A stretch of DNA of 38,259 nucleotides, from positions 1 to 38,259 of IMG/VR virus record IMGVR_UViG_3300037276_000069; one strand, written 5' to 3'. The notes beneath the pieces are model-generated. The model saw nothing but the letters and a program-made list of their open reading frames with translations. It was not told the DNA's origin and searched no databases. The position numbers were made by a program, and so were the translations under genes. Shown piece after piece: positions 33,669 to 38,259 of this stretch. This stretch comes from a virus (taxonomy: Duplodnaviria > Caudoviricetes). Positions within the stretch are counted from its first letter, which is position 1. The number at the start of each line of letters is the position of its first letter.

Positions 33669-34376
33669 TTGCGCGTACTCGTATGTACTCCGGCATTCGG
33701 CGGTCAAGTCACAGTCTCTTACATGCTATCCTTCCTCAACTGCGCATCGAAGGCCCAGGCCGAGGGGATTCAGCTGGGGATCTTTACGGTGAGTAATGAG
33801 TCTCTCGTCCCACGCGCTCGAAACTACATAATCTCCTCTTCCCTACAGTCCGAGGTCCCTTGGGACAAGTTCCTCTTCATCGACGCGGACATTCAGTTCT
33901 CCTGGGAGGACGTTAAGCGGTTACTTAGTTCGGGTGAGCAGATTGTCGGAGGGGCATACCCCGTGAAGGCCCTTCCGATTCACCTGAACTACAATCCGAA
34001 GTTCGGAGACGGCCTAAAGTACTTCCCGGACGGACGCAGATCCGTAGCGCAGCATGAGGCCTTTGCAGCGGAGGAAGCGACCTCAGACGGTGAGGCAGAG
34101 GTGAGACACCTTGCGACAGGGTTCCTCCTGATTGACCGCTCAGTCTTCGAGGTCTTACGCCCGAAAGTTCCAAGCTATGTCAATCAGGATATCGTAACGA
34201 AACAGGAAGTTACGAACTGGGACTTCTTCCCGGCCGGCGTCTCTGAGAATCATTACATGAGTGAGGACTGGGGCTTCTGTAACTTAGCCCGCGCGCACGG
34301 CTTTCATATCTACCTAAATACTAAAGTCATAGTTGGCCACGTTGGAAGCCACACTTACCGTCCGGAGCCTAAATGA
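33669..34376 (+). CDS. GT-A fold (GT2-like) glycosyltransferase
   Basis: VCTPAFGG, ESLVPRARN, FLFIDADI (DxD), ATGFLLIDR, SEDWGFC, GHVG. Confidence 0.85.
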   Translation: MRVLVCTPAFGGQVTVSYMLSFLNCASKAQAEGIQLGIFTVSNESLVPRARNYIISSSLQSEVPWDKFLFIDADIQFSWEDVKRLLSSGEQIVGGAYPVKALPIHLNYNPKFGDGLKYFPDGRRSVAQHEAFAAEEATSDGEAEVRHLATGFLLIDRSVFEVLRPKVPSYVNQDIVTKQEVTNWDFFPAGVSENHYMSEDWGFCNLARAHGFHIYLNTKVIVGHVGSHTYRPEPK

Positions 34377-34576
34377 GTCAGGACTCACAGAAGATCATCC
34401 ATGATACGGCAATGGGATTCGCCTTAGCTAACCCACTACTTAAGACCCCCGAAGAGCAGAGAGCTGCAGTCGAAGGCTTCCTTAACGGAGTCCATTGGGC
34501 ATTTAAGGTAGTAATAACGAGCACGGAGAAGTGGACTAATGACGCACCAGCAGAACATCCCCCTACTGAGTCCTAA
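34373..34576 (+). CDS. Hypothetical protein
   Basis: 67 aa, ATGA-coupled. Confidence 0.5.
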   Translation: MSQDSQKIIHDTAMGFALANPLLKTPEEQRAAVEGFLNGVHWAFKVVITSTEKWTNDAPAEHPPTES

Positions 34577-34904
34577 GCCCTTCGGTGAGTACTCACCTGA
34601 GGAGTTCCGAACTTACGTTCAGTCCCTTTACAAGGAGCCGGTCCGATCAGTTCCTAAGGAATTCTCAGCCTCCCTTACGAAGAAGGGGACTCTTACCCTC
34701 AGGGTCACACGAGACCCTAAGTTCCTAGAGCCGAAAGAAGTCGACGCCATAGCTGAATCCATAGGATGGACGAAGCAGGAGACTTGGCTCGCAGTTATTA
34801 AACGGAAGATTACGATAAGGAGATCAAATGTCGCAGGGAGTAAGACCCGATCCAACACCCGTCAACCAGTCCGCTACGGACCTACCCGTCCGGCAGCGAA
34901 GTGA
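34539..34904 (+). CDS. Hypothetical basic protein
   Basis: 121 aa overlapping both neighbours. Confidence 0.5.
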   Translation: MTHQQNIPLLSPKPFGEYSPEEFRTYVQSLYKEPVRSVPKEFSASLTKKGTLTLRVTRDPKFLEPKEVDAIAESIGWTKQETWLAVIKRKITIRRSNVAGSKTRSNTRQPVRYGPTRPAAK

Positions 34905-35937
34905 GGTCGGAACTTACGGACCCACTCACCATTGGAGAGAAGGAACGAAAGTCCGTCACACGGACATTAAGTTCCTCCTAAACTCAGGAGGAATGGGCGA
35001 TTATGTCAACTACACGACAGCCCTCCTCTGGGTAGCGCAGAACCTCCCCTGGGTCCACGGCCAGATCTACGTGAGTTCCTTCTTCATGGACTTCCTGGAG
35101 GTGATCTTCCGGGATTACCCGAAGTGGTCAGTTCATGATGGATCTGCGATCAGGATCGAACCCCATGACTGTTTCATAGGTCCGGAGATTCAGATGGAAG
35201 GTCAGAACATCACAAGGCAGCTCGCCAATGCGACAGGAGCTCACCTCATGGACCTAGGCTTCCAGTACTATACGAATCAACAGGCCGCCCCTCCCGGAGT
35301 CATGCTCCCCCGCCTCCCCGCGACAAGACCCCAGAAGGTTCATTGGGAAGTTAGACCTCACCTAGGCAAGTATGTCGTCTTTACTCCGGGCTCCGTCGTC
35401 CCTGCCCGTGCGACAACGGCAAAGCACCTTAACCCCCTGATCGAATTCTGCGTAAGTCAGGGTCTGACCCCCGTCTTCCTAGGCAAGAACAACTTTGCAC
35501 AGGGAATGAAAGTTAACTTCGATGAGGGTATCCGCTTCGACCTAGGCATAGACCTTCGGGATAAGACTACGATCCTTCAGGCCGCCTCCGTAATGGAGCA
35601 TGCGGTCTGCGTCCTCGGACTCGATAACGGACTTCTTCACCTAGCTGCAGCAACGGATGCTAACGTAATCTTCGGCTATAACATTACGACTATAGCGCAG
35701 AGAGTTCCGCGAAGGAACTGGGGTGAGACCCTTAATCTAGCACTAACTCCTCAAGAACTAGCCTGCACAGCCTGTCAGGCGAACGGGAAGCTTATGATTA
35801 ATCACACTTATCACAAGTGTTATTACGGAGATACGAAGTGTATAGACCTCCTCTTCTCAGGAGGAAGGTTTGAGAAAGCAGTAACCTATTTCAAGGAGAA
35901 GCAAGATGCCATTCAAATCGGAAGCGCAGCGTCGTAA
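34828..35937 (+). CDS. GT-B fold, GT9 (heptosyltransferase-like) glycosyltransferase
   Basis: GGMGD N-terminal motif and DLRDKTTILQAASVM...LGLDNGLLHLAAA, matching the GT9 D-S/N-G-x-x-H-L-A-A motif. Confidence 0.82.
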   Translation: MSQGVRPDPTPVNQSATDLPVRQRSEVGTYGPTHHWREGTKVRHTDIKFLLNSGGMGDYVNYTTALLWVAQNLPWVHGQIYVSSFFMDFLEVIFRDYPKWSVHDGSAIRIEPHDCFIGPEIQMEGQNITRQLANATGAHLMDLGFQYYTNQQAAPPGVMLPRLPATRPQKVHWEVRPHLGKYVVFTPGSVVPARATTAKHLNPLIEFCVSQGLTPVFLGKNNFAQGMKVNFDEGIRFDLGIDLRDKTTILQAASVMEHAVCVLGLDNGLLHLAAATDANVIFGYNITTIAQRVPRRNWGETLNLALTPQELACTACQANGKLMINHTYHKCYYGDTKCIDLLFSGGRFEKAVTYFKEKQDAIQIGSAAS

Positions 35938-36091
35938 ATTCGCCGAGCTAGTTAAGCAGAAGAAAATGGACCAGAGCACATTTAATGAGTGGAATGAGGC
36001 TACGAAGGGGAAACTTCCGGAGCGCCTACCAGGTCCGAAACAGAAGGTCAAGATCGTCAAAACACCCTTGCGGAAGCGAAACAAATACTAG
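35906..36091 (+). CDS. Small basic phage protein (MPFKSEAQRR type)
   Basis: AAGGAG RBS; recurrent phage N-terminus MPFKSxAQRR and KLPER motif. Confidence 0.7.
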   Translation: MPFKSEAQRRKFAELVKQKKMDQSTFNEWNEATKGKLPERLPGPKQKVKIVKTPLRKRNKY

Positions 36092-36135
36092 ACACTTTAG
36101 GGGTAAGTCTTAACTCACTTCCTAAGGGGTAACGT

Positions 36136-36522
36136 ATGAAGTCAAAAGGCAAACTGTCCTCGGACGGTCCTGAAGCACATAAGATGTCTTACGAAAAAGG
36201 TGGCATTAATAAGCAAGTCGAAATGGACGAGGCGAAACCTTCCCTTGAAGGTAAAGGCTCGAAAATCGGCATGAGTCCTAAGAGCTCCGTTAAAAACGGC
36301 GCCTCTATGGAAGCTCACGAAGCTCGTGACATCGAGAAGGGTAAGGGCGGTAAAGGTGGTTCTCCGTTTCCAGGTAAGCCTACCTCAAGCGGTTTCGCAA
36401 CGGGTCCTATGAAGCACGGCGGCGTTGACTCAGGAAAGATCAAAGCTGACGGAAGCATTAAAGGTGAGGCACCAGCTCCAGGCTCGCATCAGGGGCCAAA
36501 GCCTAAGCTAGAAGGCTACTAA
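36136..36522 (+). CDS. Lys/Gly/Ser-rich disordered protein (possible internal head protein)
   Basis: Low-complexity basic composition. Confidence 0.65.
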   Translation: MKSKGKLSSDGPEAHKMSYEKGGINKQVEMDEAKPSLEGKGSKIGMSPKSSVKNGASMEAHEARDIEKGKGGKGGSPFPGKPTSSGFATGPMKHGGVDSGKIKADGSIKGEAPAPGSHQGPKPKLEGY

Positions 36523-36537
36523 GGCTAAGGAGCTGCA

Positions 36538-36861
36538 ATGGGTCTTTCGCCAATCACATTAGCGACTATGACTGTCGGTACGACTGGTGTCTCTATTGCG
36601 CCCTCGGGGCAGCTTTGCGCCTCTGTATACATCGAAGCAGACTCAAATAACACCGGTGCAGTTTATGTCGGGGATTCAAATATTAGTACAACGCGTTTTA
36701 TGACCAACGTATCTGCGCAAGGTGGTATCTGGATTAATGCCGGATATCCAAGCAGACCTGACGCGACGAACCTGCAGTTAAGTGGAATCTATGTAGCAGG
36801 CTCCGTAGCGGGACAGCTGGTCCACGTAACTTACCTCGAACGCCTGGGCGGATTAACCTAA
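36538..36861 (+). CDS. Small beta-rich virion-type protein, paralog 1
   Basis: YIEADSNNTGAVYVGDSN...HVTYLERLGGLT. Confidence 0.75.
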   Translation: MGLSPITLATMTVGTTGVSIAPSGQLCASVYIEADSNNTGAVYVGDSNISTTRFMTNVSAQGGIWINAGYPSRPDATNLQLSGIYVAGSVAGQLVHVTYLERLGGLT

Positions 36862-36870
36862 GGAGAGACT

Positions 36871-37206
36871 ATGGGATTAGGACCAAAGACTATTGCAGCG
36901 ATTACGGCAGCGACCTCAGCAGGAGGCACTCAAGTAGTTTCTACACAGACTCTATGCGTCTCCGCTTACATCGAAGCAGACGGCGGTAACGCCGGAACGA
37001 TCTATGTAGGTGACTCAAACGTCAGCGCTACGCGCTACGTGACTAACTTAGCGGCGGGCAAAGGGATCTGGATTCCTAATGTTTTCATAGGCCCGTCAAG
37101 GCCGGACGCAAGTAACCTTGATCTGAGCCTAGTCTATGTCATCGGTTCCGCAGACACTCAAAAGGTCCATGTTAGTTACTTCGAACGCCTAGGCGGTCTT
37201 ACTTAA
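36871..37206 (+). CDS. Small beta-rich virion-type protein, paralog 2
   Basis: YIEADGGNAGTIYVGDSN...HVSYFERLGGLT. Confidence 0.75.
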   Translation: MGLGPKTIAAITAATSAGGTQVVSTQTLCVSAYIEADGGNAGTIYVGDSNVSATRYVTNLAAGKGIWIPNVFIGPSRPDASNLDLSLVYVIGSADTQKVHVSYFERLGGLT

Positions 37207-37215
37207 GGAGGCCTG

Positions 37216-38259
37216 ATGTGTCAGCTCATAGGCTTACTTCTCGCAGCAGCAGTCAGCCTGCAGGCTTACGGGTTAGGTTCTAATAACTCAGTGAATTATC
37301 CCCCGACTACAAGTAAGGGTTCGGGAGATTCTAGAAATGTTCCTACCTCTAATTTTCAGTTTCCGAACTGTGCGATTACACATACGGGGAACACTGCATC
37401 AATAGGATGTAGTTCTAGCGGTGGGTCCGGAACTGTCACCTCGATAACTGCAGGCCCTGGCCTTAGCGGTGGAACAATTACGACATCAGGAACGATCGCT
37501 CCCAATGCGTCACTATCGTCGGCCCAGACATCAAGTTTTTCTTTCACTGCAAGTACGTCTTATCAAACCTTCATTACGAATACGACAAGCGGTGCAATCT
37601 CTGTAACCCTACCAGCTGCTAGTACAGTTGCAGTAGGAACACAGTTCAACTTCCTTGATGTTGGTGGAGTGAATGAAACTAATCCCGTAACTCTAGTCCG
37701 CAATGGTTCCGATACAATCGGCGGGCTTGGACAGAACAAAATATATTACACCAATTACGGCGAGCTTAGCATTATTTCCAACGGAACAAATGGTTGGTAT
37801 TTAAATCCTATTTCTAATCGCATTACTCGTCTCACATTCAATTCATCTGGCACTTACGTTGCGCAGGCTGGAATTACTGAAGTACAAGTTCGCCTACGCG
37901 GAGGAGCTGGAGGAGGATCTGGCGGTGGTGGCGGTGGTGGCGGATCAACAGTAGCTGGCGGTGGTGGCGGTGCTGGCGGAGCTGCTGGAGGATCAGCTAG
38001 TTCTATTTATTATTCAGCTACACTAACGCCTTCGACATCTTATGCAATTGTAATTGGAGCTGGCGGTGCAGGAGCAAGTGGTGGCGCTGGCGCAACAGCA
38101 ACTGCTGGCGGTGGAATTGGTGTCCAGGGCTCTAATGGAAATAACGGCGGCACAACATCTTTTGGTACATTGTTCAGTGTGGCAGGAAGTATGGCTACAG
38201 TAGTTGAAACAGTTGGCGGTGGCTTTCCCGGCAGTGGATTCTCTGGTGGTTCTGGAATT
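37216..38259 (+). CDS. N-terminal part of glycine-rich tail fibre/adhesin with signal-peptide-like start (absent from the ORF track because it runs off the end)
   Basis: AAGGAGG RBS then ATG 37216: MCQLIGLLLAAAVSLQAYGLGSNN...GTVTSITAGPGLSGGTITTSGTI...SGAISVTLPAA...TFNSSGTY...GGGGG; open to the window end. Confidence 0.85.
   Translation, partial: MCQLIGLLLAAAVSLQAYGLGSNNSVNYPPTTSKGSGDSRNVPTSNFQFPNCAITHTGNTASIGCSSSGGSGTVTSITAGPGLSGGTITTSGTIAPNASLSSAQTSSFSFTASTSYQTFITNTTSGAISVTLPAASTVAVGTQFNFLDVGGVNETNPVTLVRNGSDTIGGLGQNKIYYTNYGELSIISNGTNGWYLNPISNRITRLTFNSSGTYVAQAGITEVQVRLRGGAGGGSGGGGGGGGSTVAGGGGGAGGAAGGSASSIYYSATLTPSTSYAIVIGAGGAGASGGAGATATAGGGIGVQGSNGNNGGTTSFGTLFSVAGSMATVVETVGGGFPGSGFSGGSGI
37838..38259. 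repeat. Terminal overlap, copy 2
   Basis: Colinear with 1-422, ~97% identical. Confidence 0.95.

Overview
The window is an apparently complete, circularly permuted genome (~37.84 kb unique) of a tailed dsDNA phage with podovirus-type architecture. Bases 1-422 recur at 37838-38259 as an imperfect copy (14 substitutions by my manual count) inside a glycine-rich fibre gene that spans the junction. Plus strand 2.85-8.8 kb is a replication/recombination module: PD-(D/E)XK exonuclease, Sak4/AAA_24-like ATPase, DUF669-like SSB, family A DNA polymerase with a degenerate UDG-like N-terminus and His at the 762-equivalent site, and a DUF3987-like helicase. I found no primase. Minus strand 27.1-8.9 kb is the morphogenesis operon (TerS, TerL, portal, scaffold, major capsid, adaptor, nozzle, fibre, three ejection proteins). 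Plus strand 27.8-33.2 kb holds small early/accessory genes. Plus strand 33.2 kb through the junction to 2.8 kb is a second late-type module: DUF5675 candidate endolysin, two glycosyltransferases, paralogous virion proteins, a fibre with a signal-peptide-like N-terminus, and holin/spanin candidates. I recognised no integrase. The most unusual signals are: (1) a 112-nt tRNA-shaped RNA whose anticodon arm is replaced by two hairpins with anticodon-like loops (GAU and amber CUA), flanked by 14-bp direct repeats; (2) a divergent control region with three sigma54-type promoters, a 40-bp inverted repeat around a T23 tract and copies of a GAC-N3-GTGA motif that also forms a 5x tandem array before the helicase; (3) a fibre/glycosyltransferase module that may act on the cell envelope or the virion; (4) a 16-codon relic of a Dam-type methyltransferase. 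All calls come from reading motifs by eye. No database searches were run.
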